Positions 52,461-64,000 of a DNA stretch of 64,000 bases are shown here, piece after piece; within the stretch, counting starts at the first letter, position 1; the number at the start of each line of letters is the position of its first letter. The stretch covers positions 89,404,001 through 89,468,000 of the forward strand of contig OX597822.1 of NCBI GenBank assembly GCA_951406725.2. Direction: 5' to 3'. The notes under the pieces were generated by a model, which saw nothing but the letters and a program-made list of their open reading frames with translations, was not told where the DNA came from and did not search any database. This DNA is from Octopus vulgaris (taxonomy: Eukaryota). The position numbers were made by a program, and so were the translations under genes.

Positions 52461-52812
52461 GTCGGCATATATATTTCTGATCCTATAAGTTTAATTATAA
52501 AATGCCGAAAAATAACAAAAGAAAAAATATTACAGACGGCTAATGTGTTTTGAAAGTACGACGGGAGAGGGGGCAGTTATTTAAAAAACATGGATTTATA
52601 AAGTTATTTCTAAAAAAATCAATCTCCTCCATTGAATTTCTGTTATTGCGATTTTTCTAAATTTTGGATGAAAAGTTGGCAATTTTGAAAAATTCAAATA
52701 AAAATAGAGAAATTGCAATTTATATGGGTCAGCTTTTTCCGAACACCAGCCAACAATACAGAAAAAAATGAGATGTCAGGGTTAATATGTGTGGAGGGAA
52801 AAAACTTTCATT

Positions 52813-53261
52813 GGCGATGTTTCGCTTGTCGTAGCACAGGTTTCCGTCGATTTCCGTAAAAAACTTTTATTTTTTTACATAAGTAATGAGAGCGAAAGAG
52901 ACTAAGAGAAAGCGATTGTATGACGAGGGAAGTTCTTTTGAAGTTACCGTGCATGGGACGCATTGATGTACATGTGTGTATGTGTGTGTGTTTGATGGAG
53001 TGTGGGAGACAGACAGTATGTTGTGTAAGTGAAGTGCTTCTGTTAGTGTGTGTGAAGAGACAGAGAGAGTAATGTGTGAAAGAGAGAGATAACTGCAATT
53101 TTTTACTCGGTTTATGTGTATATGTATGTATGCATGTATGTGTGTGTGTGTGTATGTATGTGTGTGTGTATGTATGTATGTATGTATGTATGGCCGATTC
53201 AGTGTTTACATTTTTTACGGAAATCGACGGAAACGTGTGCTACGACAAGCGAAACATCGCC
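52813..53261. mobile_element. Merlin-type MITE with perfect 8-bp TSD CTTTCATT
   Basis: GGCGATGTTTCGCTTGTCGTAGCAC... TIRs (~50 bp, fitting the GGNRM consensus); CTTTCATT at 52805-52812 and 53262-53269; same family as 36042 and 36897. Confidence 0.92.
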
Positions 53262-53275
53262 CTTTCATTTACTTA

Positions 53276-53310
<35 letters not shown>

Positions 53311-54819
53311 CATACGTGCTCAGTCCTGATGCGAGTCATTAAGATCGAGAACGGAGATAGAAATTGTCCAAGTTCTTGAGAAGATAACGTTTAATAGAAA
53401 GCTAACGCTATTTCAGCTATAAAACATTTCAATATTGCTCATCAGTAGAACGTATTCGGTCGAGCAAGAACATAAATTAAAAAATAAAGGATAGTTTAGA
53501 ATCTGCTTGCGTGCGTACGAGAATGAAGGGTATTTATAGACATCGTTTAGTATCTGTGTTCATAAACTTCTTTTTCATTGGCTGAATTAACAAAAGATTC
53601 CCTGATTTGAAATCGATTTGACTAATCAGAAACGGTGTTAAAACTATAGTCAGGCTAAGACTAAAAGCATGTTAAGAGGAGTATTTCAAAATGCGAAAAA
53701 AAAAAAAAGAAACGTTTTTAAAACTGGAGCCAGGGATCATATGTTTTATACCTCTGCTATATGCAGGGCTCAGTGTGCAAGAAAAAATAGTAGCCAAATC
53801 CTTCTCAAATTACAACATATCGGAATTTTAGGGTAGCTTTCATGCTACTTTTGGGAAGGAAAAGGTCAAGAAAATTTCCCCCGTCTGTTATTATATTTCG
53901 GGAGGGTCATTTTTTTCCTTACCAAATAAACACACGCACTTTATATTCGTTGTTCACTTGTTTATTATTGTTCTTATTTTATCTTATATCCATTGTCTGG
54001 AAATCTTTCATCACGTATTTGTGACCTCCTCAGCGACTCTTCATCCACGTTTCCTCTTGTTCTGTTTAGTCCATTTTGTCTCTCTGTGATGTGTATCCTT
54101 ATCTGTGCATACATTTGCGTCTGTGTGTGTGTGTGTGTACATGTCCATGTGTTGTGTGTGTGTGTATATGGGTTTGCTTACTGTGTTATTTGTATCCATG
54201 CTCTTTATATAGTTTTTTTTTCATTTATTTACTCATCCTTGTTTCTTATATTTCATCAAAAGTTCGTACATGTGTGTCTTTTGTATCTGTACACATGGGT
54301 TTATGTATTATACTGCTAGTATCTGTTTTTTTTATTATTCCCCTTCTGTCTTTAATCATAGTGTTATGGTAGTAGGTTTATTGTTCCATTTGTATTTTCT
54401 GTTGAGGCACAGTCTGTCTATTACTTTGTGTGTAGCCTCCATAATCTAAACATCGTGTCTGTTCTATGCATTGATAATACCCTAACCTCTATGTTATCAA
54501 CTGGGCCTCTACATTCTAATTGAGCATGTTGGTAGAGCATTGATGTAAGTTGTCTTGTTTCTGCACTGTCTCTCAGTTCATCATGAGGAATATCCTACCT
54601 TAGGCTTTACACAATCACACAGGTACGGACACCTGTTCAACAGATATAACCTAAGAGTCTCTTTTAGCTGTGCCCCCAATATTAAGAGTACTTTAGTTAA
54701 CATCCTCTAGGTATGAGAAGGAGGTAGGATGCTCATGTAGGAAATACAACAGATGCCCAGTGGGAGGCCAATGTAAAACCAAGGGGGTTGTATATGAAGC
54801 TTAGGTGATATCAGACCCT

Positions 54820-55125
54820 AATAGCAGTAGCAGGAATAGCAGCAACACCATCAATAATAGCAATGGCAGTGACTGTATCAGAGGTAGCAGCAGCACCATC
54901 ACTAATGATAATGCTAATAATGATAATAATAACAACAACCACAACTACCACCACTATAGTGCCAGCAACAGCTCCAACAAGAACAATGGTTATAGCAGCA
55001 CCAACAGAAACAGAAACAACAGCATCAACATCAACCTTGCCACCAATGGTGTCCCCTATGTCAGCACTAATGATGCCAACACCAACACATGTTGCAATGT
55101 CAACAACATCAACAGAAGCAGCATT
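54820..55125. repeat. Cryptic trinucleotide (AGC/AAC/AAT) low-complexity tract
   Basis: Degenerate triplet repeats that leave several frames open. Confidence 0.8.
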
Positions 55126-58100
55126 GGAAAATGAATCGGTTGTTCCAAAAACACCTTCAAGCAGCACATCTCCAACCAGAAATCCTTGGTTAGGATCCCA
55201 GAGAGACATTATGCCATGTTCTTAGCCAGCCAGATGTAATGCCTGAAGGGTGAAGAGATTCCACATGTAATCACATGGAAGATGCTAGAAAAACTGGGTC
55301 TCTACATTAACAGGAGCAAATGTTGCAGGCTGTACATAGTGGAACAAGCAAGGATGTTAAAGAATTCCCTCAATCTGGAGAACAACTTAAATTCCAGGAC
55401 AGAAGTCTTCGTCCTGGAATTTCAGACCCTGTTTACATTTCAGGTGATTCCTACTGAAATCCTGGGACCTATAAGTTGACTGGGTGGATTCCACACAGTG
55501 GTCAAAAGAAGTCAATCCCTTGCACTTGACTTTTCTTCTTTATCTGTATATCCAGAAACTAGCCACAAGGCCTTTTCTCCATTTTGAAGAGAGGTTATAG
55601 GCCACCACCCATTAGGGTCTGACATGTAAAGTTAAGTGCTTTATGAATGCAAAACCCTGGGTAACCCAATGAACCAACCATAATTATTTTTCTCTAAATA
55701 TATATATATGTATATATATTATAGTGGGGTAGGCTGGTTTATGGGGTTTACTCTGGGTTTCTCGCTCATAAGGGGTTTACACACTACCAAACAATATGGA
55801 ACACATCATTTCTCTGCTCTTCATGTCACATTACATATACAAAAATCCTTCTGCCTCTCTTTAGTATTCACAACATCTAGCTTTGCTTCTGTTTGATATT
55901 TCTCTCTGTAGTCCTCTCCTCTTTCCAGATGGTAGCCCTTAGCTTTTGTGGCTAAATACTGCATTATTTCACAACTGTGTTACCTTGCAACAGGCTGGGA
56001 CATTGCACAAGCTACAGATCAGGCCTGCAGCTTTCAGGAAATTGTCTCATAGAAGTTGTTTATTTTTGCTGTGTTACAAGTCTCTACCACTTCTTCCCTT
56101 CGTCCATAAAAACCAGTTAGACCTCTGAACCTATGATTGGCAAAGGGTTCTTTCAGCTTCTCCAAATAGTCTGTTGTCTTAATTGATCTAGCTCATACAC
56201 TGGAATGGCACATATACAGAGATAAGTGTTTCTATACCTAACCAAAGCTTCATTATTTGGTAGTAAACTATCTTAATTACTGCATTTATTTTTCTGCTAA
56301 CAGCATGTCAACTCCACTGTTGTTCATCAAGAATATATACCTTTGTTCATTGCCTGTGAGGAACCTGAAATTCCTCTCCATCTCTCTTGTACACAGCACA
56401 GATTCACACATTTTCACTCCTGCATACCTACAATCTCATTTGATCTGCCTTTTACCATGTTGATATTAATGATGACAGCACTACAATATTGAACATAACA
56501 GTAAAAGGGGAACTTCAGTTACTGGAGGGTAAATTTCTGCTTATTTTTTTTTTACTTGAAATGAAGTGCAATTGCTTCCCTTACATAGCCAGACATTTAG
56601 ATTAATTTGTCCAATTTGATTAAATTTATATTTTCCAAGCCTCCAGCAAATTACTACCTCTGATATTGATGTTAACATAGAGTATATTTACACATGAGAT
56701 ATGTATTCACAAACACATATGTACTCCAAACCATTCATGCATATAGTATACTCAAGCCACTAAAAATAATCTTATATACTAGTATATAAGTTCAAAAGAA
56801 CTAAAATGAATACTCAGATGCATCAGCATAACCTCTCTTGTGTATATTTTGTACTGACTTATTATATATATTGCCAAGCGAGGTTCTGATCAAAGTTTTA
56901 TACTTTAAAAGTAGTATATTTTGCCAATAATCAATGTAGCTTTCATTCTATACCATTATGGAATGTCCTATATACAAAGCTGTTTTAACCAGTTGGGTGG
57001 TTCCTCGTTTATTTCTTTTTAAGATTATTCCTGAGTAACTTGTAGGTTGTTTTCTAACCAATACTCAAGAAATTATGTAAATCTGACTTGCAAGGTTCTG
57101 TTCAATATTATTTTTATTATAATAAATCCAAATTTAATTGTTTAAACAGTATTGTAAATAAAATACGAATGTTCTCCCTGGGTTTTTATAAGTTACTCTA
57201 GATATTTCTAGAAGCATCCAGAAACTAAATTTCAGAATAATTTTTGGTCGAAAATAGGATGGCTTTGACTAATAAATTAATAAGCCAAGGAAAAGAATCT
57301 TTTCAAATTGATTTCGTCTAAACTTGTATTTTAGCACCATAAGAAAATTTCCACGGAACAACTGTAGTTGATTGCAAAACATCTGCCACAAAGCTTTTTA
57401 CAACACAGACATGAGGAAAGAAAACATACAATATTCAAATTTATTCAATATACCTTTACTTCATACTTTTTATTTGGTTATTATGAATTTCTCTACCAAA
57501 TTTTAAATTTTTCTTGTACTAAAATATACATATTTGGAATATTTCAAACATTGCACATGCATGTTACAGTTTATGTCTTGCAATATGGTAGTATGCGACC
57601 AACAGTCATGTAGTAGTAGTAGGTAAGTTGTTAACCTGTGGAATAGAACGTTTACAGTTTTAGGCAATGTATGTCTCCTTGTTTAGTAGAATATACAAAG
57701 TTTCTGTATAATGGCATGTGGCTGTTGTCCATTCTGATATAATGTTCAGACATCATGACAGTTTATGTTTCGTATGGAAAACTATAGACATCACACATCT
57801 ATATCATGAGACGAATGTTGTCCACTGTGATATATATTTAGAGATTATGACAGTTTACAGCTAATTCTGAAGTTGCAAGTACAGACACTAGGTGTCTATA
57901 TAGTGGAGCAGGAGTTACATTCTAGTACAGCAGGTAGTTAGTCCAAGAGTGGAGCCAGAGAAAGAAGTGAGTGGGGTTTCCTGGGGTTGTAGGTAGTGGT
58001 GTATGATATCAAAAAGGAGGTGAAGTGGAAAGAATATCAGGCAGAAAAGTTAGAAGAAAGGGCTGAGGTATTGCTGTCTCCAGTAGAGATAATAGTTTGA

Positions 58101-58320
58101 AAAAGTTAATTTTCCATATCCATGATTTCAAGTTGTCTCACAGTGACACCTTGGGCATTTTCTAAAACCTTGTGTTGATTAAAGCCTTGTGAATGGATTC
58201 TGTTGACGGAAACTGAAAGAAGTCTGTCTTATATATATATAAAATAACAGAATGAGATAAATAATCCAAGGCTGTGAAAGTTTTCAGGACATTTATAAAG
58301 AGGTCTTACAGCTGTTTCCA

Positions 58321-58351
<31 letters not shown>

Positions 58352-58355
<4 letters not shown>

Positions 58356-59547
58356 GTTGGCAACTAAGTTCCCCCCTTTTTTTTAATTTTGGAATCTATT
58401 TTTTCAAGAATTCTATTTTTGAATCATTTTGGAATCTATTTTTTTTTTTTTTCTAGTTAATTTCAGTTCATTTCAGATCATTAAAATGGAATGTCAAGTT
58501 AAGGAAAACGAGCATTTCGACACCACCTTTTTGCTTTTAATCAAGGTTCTAAGGCCGCAAAAGCTGCTCGTGACATTTGTGCTGTGTATGGAGAGGATGC
58601 CATAGCTGAAAGAACCGCTCGTGATTGGTATGCCAAGTTCAAAAATGGAAACTGTGACCTCAAAGATGCACCTTGTTCTGGCTGTCCAGCTGAGTTCGAT
58701 GAAGAGCAATTAAACCAACTTTTGCACGAAAATTCTCGTCAAACCACAAAGGAACTGGCAGAGAAAATGGAATGCTCCCACAATGCTATAGAGAAGCATC
58801 TTCACTCAATGGGAAAGGTTCAGAAGTATGGAGCATGGGTTCCACATGCTTTAAGTGACAACAACAAAAATCAACGAATCACACTCTCTGCTCGCTCAAC
58901 TCATGGACACAAGCAACATTTTCTTTACTGAATCATTAATGGCAACGAAAAATAGCGCCAATACATCAATATGAAGCAGCGTAAGGAATGGCTTAGCCCC
59001 AGTAAACAAGCGACACCGTACATGAAACAAGATCATCTGCGTAAAACGATGTGTGTAAGGTGGGACTGAGAAGAAATTATCCATTATGAATTGCTTGAAC
59101 GGAACCGAACGGTCAACACGGAACTCTATGTTCAACAGATGGAACAACTCAACACGGCTATTCAAGAGAAAAGACCTAATCAGTAGTATGGAGTTCTGCT
59201 GCACGACAACACAAGCCCTCATATTGCCAATATGACCAAGGAAGTCATTCAAACACATGGCTGGGAAGTGCTGTCACACTGCCGTACTCTCTTGATTTGG
59301 TACCAACAGATTTCCACCTCTTTCAAATGCTATGCGCAGAGTTTTGTTCAATACTGATGCAGAATTGAGAGGTTGGTTGGATCAATTTTTCGAGTCAAAA
59401 TAGGGTGATTTCTATCAATGAGGTATTGAAAATCTTGTTGAATGTTGGGAAGAAGTTGTAAACAACAAGGGTGAATTCATTATTAATTAATTAGTTATTA
59501 TTTTTTATTAAATCTTAAAAAAAAAAAACAGTGGGAACTTAGTTGCC

Positions 59548-59554
<7 letters not shown>
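58352..59554 (+). mobile_element. Full-length degenerate mariner (DD34D) in a (TA)n tract
   Basis: TIRs ttgggttggcaactaagttccc / gggaacttagttgccaatccaa. MECQVKENEHFRHH..AARDICAVYGE..WVPHAL, LLHDN and DLVPTDFHLF motifs, with several stops. Confidence 0.93.
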
Positions 59555-59580
<26 letters not shown>

Positions 59581-59581
<1 letters not shown>

Positions 59582-59872
59582 CATCATCATCATCATCGTC
59601 GTTTAACGTCCGTTCTCCATGCTAGCATGGGTTGGACGGTTCGACCGGGTTCTGGGAAGCCAGAAGGCTGCACCAGGCTCCAGTCTAAATTTGGCAATGT
59701 TTCTACAGCTGGATGCCCTTCCTAACGCCAACCACTCCGTGAGTGTAGTGGGTGCTTTTTACGTGCCACCTGCACAGGTGCCAGGCGGCGCTGGCAACGG
59801 CCACGGTCAGATTGGTGTATTTTATGTGCCACCGGCACGGAAGCCAGTCGAGGCGGTGCTGGCATCGGCCAC
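59581..59872 (-). mobile_element. RTE-tail non-autonomous repeat
   Basis: Reverse complement of the 45675-45992 family, with a (CAT)n tail. Confidence 0.85.
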
Positions 59873-60964
59873 ATATATATCTTATGTACCAGCATTTGTG
59901 CACACTTCTCTGCAATTCACAAACTATAAGTGGTTATATTACTATCATTTCTCCAATCAACAAACTGTGCACAAGTTTTATACTTTCAAAGATATGTTAA
60001 ATAAGTGACCTTTTAGTTGAAAAGCAAGTAAGAAATAGTAACAGGAAGGACATTCAACTGTAAAACAATGCCTCAATAATAAATTCATCTCATCCATGCT
60101 AGCATGGAAAAACAAAGATAAAAAAAAAGAATGACAACAAAAAAAAACATTGGCAGTGAGGAGGAATTGCATTTATTCTGTCTAAACTAAACAAGACCAC
60201 TGTGCATATGTATTTTTGATGAGGCTGATGTATGTTTTGTATTTATTTTTATCCCTTTACCATCTAAAACATCAGCTCTATACTCCAATACTTTTCCAAG
60301 GTGTTTGTTATTCAGAAGTTGGTTGTGTATCTGAAATGATCCTATATCATGACTTCTTCATTGTAAGCTGAATATATGTGACCTTATATTGCTTGAACTA
60401 AAGCTAACTTCAACAGAGTTATTGTGATCAGTGTGGTTTGCAAGAAAAACCATGTCTACTATGAATAAGAACCATCTAGCTATATTCATAGCTACATTGA
60501 TACTAAAGAATAGACTGAACCACACAATCGTCCTATTTCTATGCTCAATAGTTTGAGAGGGAGATGGTTTTATAGAACATAATTTGATTATGGCTGATGC
60601 CTTTGTAGATATAAATCGTCTCCTTGTTCATTATATGGAATTGGTACTGTTCTCTAGAGTGTAAACTTATAGGTAACGATTTTGAGGTATACACTTTTTG
60701 TTATCTTAAGATTTGATTTACTAAATATCTTAATGAGTTTCATTCTAATTTTATTCAAGTCATGCCTTTTTCTATTTACTGGGTTTTGCAAGTATGCTTA
60801 GGATATAACAGGACCATGAAGTCTGCAATTTCCACTCATCAAAACTATCTATGGGCAAGTTATTGACAGTAGGCCATTTTTCTTCAATCAGTATTATAAA
60901 ATAGGTTATTTTCTGACATTCCTGATTATACAGTTCTATATTTAAGAGATGAAGAATTATGTAC

Positions 60965-61374
60965 ATTATTTACATTTGACGGATATTTGTCCTCATCTTG
61001 CTTGTTGTTACCACAACGTTTTGGTTGATAAACCCTCCAGCCTTCATCAGGTGTCTTGGGGAAATTTTGAACCTGGGTTCTTATTCCAAAGGTATTTTTC
61101 AATATTATTATTATTATTATTCAGGTCACTGCCTGGAATCAAACTCAGAATCTTGGGGTTAGTAGCCCACACTCTTAACCACTATTCCATATTCCTGGCA
61201 GTGACCTTAATAATAATAATAATAATAATAATAATATCAAAAAATACCTTAGGAATAAGATCCCAGGTTTGAAATTTCCCCAAGATACCTGATGAAGGCT
61301 GGCGGATATATCAGCCAAAACATTGTGTTAACAACAAACAAGATGAGGACACATATCCGTCAAATGTAAATAAT
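60965..61374. mobile_element. Palindromic element: tRNA-like head + two inverted Penelope-like tails with degenerate minimal hammerhead motifs
   Basis: Arms 60965-61139 and 61191-61374. Minus-strand tagtggttaag A-box and gagtttgattcc B-box-like motif at 61133-61185. CTGATGA-a-GGCTG..CAGCC-aAAAC at 61289-61321 and inverted at 61015-61050. Confidence 0.75.
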
Positions 61375-61613
61375 ATTCCTTATTATGTTAATAGATTGTT
61401 ATAATTATGAACAACTTGGAAAAATGTAGCGTTACAAGAGAAGACTCCCACATATTAACAAGAAAAACTCTAAGAGGAACTGCATTACATCCCCAACATA
61501 TCATTGTGGCTATATACAATAGTATTGGGAAGTTAGTTTCAGGCACAGCTATATCTCTTTTCTCTATGAATGTGTTTATAGTTATATATTGATATAAGAT
61601 GATATTGGAAGTA

Positions 61614-63389
61614 TCAGGCTTCTGTAGGAATACATACATGCGCAGCTAAGTGAGATTTTTTAGAGAATGATTTACCACAGATAACACAGTGGTATGGCTT
61701 CTCTCCTGTATGAATGCGTTTGTGTTTAGTCAAAGTACTATTTACAGTGAATGATTTACCACAGATATTACAGCAGTATGGCTTCTCTCCTGTATGAATA
61801 CGTCTATGCTTAGTTAAGGCACTTCCTTCCGAGAAATATTTACTACACACATTGCAACAATATGGCTTCTCTCCAGTATGAATGCGTTTATGATTAGTTA
61901 AGCGACTAGTTACAGAGAAAGATTTACCACAGATATCACAGTGATATGGCCTTTCTCCAGTATGAATCCGTTTGTGAATAGTCAAGTTGCTGCATCCCGA
62001 GAACATTTTACCACAGATATTACAGTGATAAGGCTTTACTCCAGTATGAACATGTTTGTGTTTAGTTAAGGCACTTCCTTCAGAGAATGTTTTACCACAG
62101 ATATCACAGTGATATGGCTTCTCTCCTGTATGAATGCGTTTGTGTTTTGTTAATGTACTATTTACAGTGAATGATTTACCACAGACATCACAATGATATG
62201 GTTTCTCTCCTGTATGAATACGTTTGTGAGAAGTTAATCCGCAAGTTTGTGGGAATGATTTACCACAGATATCACAACGATATGGCTTTGCTCCAGTATG
62301 AATGCGTTGGTGAGTAGTTAACTGACAACTTAGAGAGAATGATTTACCACAGATATCACAGTGATATGGTTTTTCTCCTGTATGAATGCGTTTATGGTTA
62401 GTTAAGTAATCATTTCGAACAAATGATTTACCACAGACATCACAGTGATAGGGCTTCACTCCAGTATGAATACGTTTGTGAGGAGTTATTTCACTACTTA
62501 CAGAGAATGATTTACCACAGATATCACAGTGATATGGCTTCTCTCCTGTATGAACGCGTTTGTGGCTAATTAAGGCACTTCCTTGAGAAAAGGATTTACC
62601 ACAGATAGCACAGTGATATGGCTTCTCTCCTGTATGAATACGTTTGTGACTAGTTAACTCCCCACTTCGAGTAAAAGATTTACCACATATATCGCAGTGA
62701 TATGGTTTCTCACCTGTATGAATACGTTTGTGAGTATTTAAATCATTTTTTTGACAGAATGATTTACCACATACATCACAGTGATAGGGCTTCTCTCCTG
62801 TATGAATACGTTTGTGAGTAGTTAATGTACCGTTTTCAGAGAATGATTTACCACAGATATCACACTGATAGGGCTTCTCCCCTGTATGAAGGTCTTTGTG
62901 TTTAGTTAAGCTGCTGCTTTGAGAGAATGATTTACCACAGATATTACAATTATATGGCTTCACTCCTGTATGAGTACGTTTGTGCTGAGTTAAAGCACCT
63001 TTCTCTGAGAATGATTTGCCACAAATATCACAGTGATATGGTTTTTCTCCTGTATGAATGCGCTTGTGTTTAGTTAAGGTACTCTTTACAGAGAATGATT
63101 TACCACAGATATCACAATGATATGGTTTCTCCCCTGTATGAATACGTTTGTGAATAGCAACCTCATCATTTCGAAGGAATGATTTACCACAGATATCACA
63201 ACAATAGCGCTTCTCTCCAGTATGAATACGTTTGTGTGTGGTTAGATTACTTTTCTGAGTGAATGACTTTTTACAGATATCACAGTGGTATGATATTTTC
63301 CTCATCTCTTTCAGATTTTCATCAGGAAAATCTGTTCTAAGCAACTCTGACTTGCGTTTATTTTGGTTGTCACATAATTCATTTTCCAT
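61614..63389 (-). CDS. C2H2 zinc-finger protein D, 591 aa, 19 canonical fingers + terminal HVC finger
   Basis: Uninterrupted ORF; conserved upstream acceptor at 63716-63717; first exon presumably outside the window. Confidence 0.95.
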   Translation of the reverse strand: MENELCDNQNKRKSELLRTDFPDENLKEMRKISYHCDICKKSFTQKSNLTTHKRIHTGEKRYCCDICGKSFLRNDEVAIHKRIHTGEKPYHCDICGKSFSVKSTLTKHKRIHTGEKPYHCDICGKSFSEKGALTQHKRTHTGVKPYNCNICGKSFSQSSSLTKHKDLHTGEKPYQCDICGKSFSENGTLTTHKRIHTGEKPYHCDVCGKSFCQKNDLNTHKRIHTGEKPYHCDICGKSFTRSGELTSHKRIHTGEKPYHCAICGKSFSQGSALISHKRVHTGEKPYHCDICGKSFSVSSEITPHKRIHTGVKPYHCDVCGKSFVRNDYLTNHKRIHTGEKPYHCDICGKSFSLSCQLTTHQRIHTGAKPYRCDICGKSFPQTCGLTSHKRIHTGEKPYHCDVCGKSFTVNSTLTKHKRIHTGEKPYHCDICGKTFSEGSALTKHKHVHTGVKPYHCNICGKMFSGCSNLTIHKRIHTGERPYHCDICGKSFSVTSRLTNHKRIHTGEKPYCCNVCSKYFSEGSALTKHRRIHTGEKPYCCNICGKSFTVNSTLTKHKRIHTGEKPYHCVICGKSFSKKSHLAAHVCIPTEA

Positions 63390-64000
63390 AATTTTTCATC
63401 TATCACCACAGTATGCAAATACTGTTCTTTGTTTTTTTTTTATATTGTATTCTAAGTAAATATTTTTACAACAATTGTTTTCTTTGTGTCTTATACTGTT
63501 GACAACAAATTCATCTTGTAAACATTCCACACAGTGAAGTAGAGATAGTTTGTAAATAACTTTACTTTGAAGAAATCTCTCTCAGTAATTCTACCAGAGA
63601 TTAATGAAATAAAGGTTTATATGTCCTGTATAGCATATAACATCTACCTTTAGATGATAAATATTGATGATGGATCATAAGTTAAAAATACTGCAAGGCA
63701 ATCTCATTTGTTATTCTGAAATGAAAACAAAAAAAAAACTATAAGATATAAGGAATATTTAAATAGTATTTAACAGTAAAATATTTAACTACATTTCTAC
63801 ATTGATAAACTGTAAATATAAACATTTACCTGAACAGCTGAATTGAACCAATTTATCCATCTCCTTACTAGAAGGTAGGGTGTAACATGAGGGGAAGTTG
63901 AGTACATTTTTAGCAAGATGAACCGTCACACACAGCTTTCCTATTATAGCATTATATTTAAAGCTAAATTAGTGTTGATTAAGTTAACCTTATTATTAAA

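Noticed and set aside
54805-55225. Overlapping Asn/Ser-rich and Thr-rich (mucin-like) ORFs
   Set aside because: Triplet low-complexity DNA keeps several frames open; no domain or splice support.
54400-55680. Possible degraded Penelope RT/GIY-YIG remnant (also 7950-8300)
   Set aside because: Motif resemblance is too weak to call by eye; needs a translated profile search.
58262-58322. Half hammerhead motif (minus strand GAAACAGCTGTAAG)
   Set aside because: The CUGANGA half is missing, cut off at the TA tract and mariner insertion; only a remnant.
58486-59490. SETMAR-like domesticated gene
   Set aside because: No SET domain; has TIRs, TA flanks and multiple stops, so it is a dead mariner.
61125-61192. 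Functional tRNA gene
   Set aside because: Degenerate B box and acceptor stem, embedded in a repeat; treated as a SINE-like head.

Overview
AT-rich, microsatellite- and transposon-rich animal DNA. The SINE/RTE repeat complement and zinc-finger style resemble an Octopus (coleoid cephalopod) genome; this is recognised from memory and not searched. The backbone is a head-to-tail cluster of minus-strand C2H2 zinc-finger genes: four intact genes with a single coding exon (14727-16373, 27591-29108, 46018-47976, 61614-63389; 16-21 fingers, short leader, no recognisable effector domain) and a pseudogene at 1-440. Paralog comparison shows a conserved 5'-UTR intron, with an acceptor 326-360 nt upstream of each ATG, and a non-coding first exon for three units. 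Intergenic DNA holds degenerate RTE and CR1 LINEs, tRNA-SINEs, a Gypsy remnant, three solo LTRs with TSDs, Tc1/mariner remnants and Merlin MITEs with 8-bp TSDs. A 7.8-kb hAT shell (34851-42631) contains a Merlin/IS1595-type transposase and a Helitron fragment duplicated as a ~1.1-kb-arm foldback. The most notable observations are: finger-level shuffling around a conserved four-finger core; many long foldback hairpins, some next to ZNF 3' ends; and a palindromic element just downstream of ZNF gene D that joins a tRNA-like Pol III head to Penelope-type minimal hammerhead motifs. Cephalopod C2H2 cluster expansion is itself already known.
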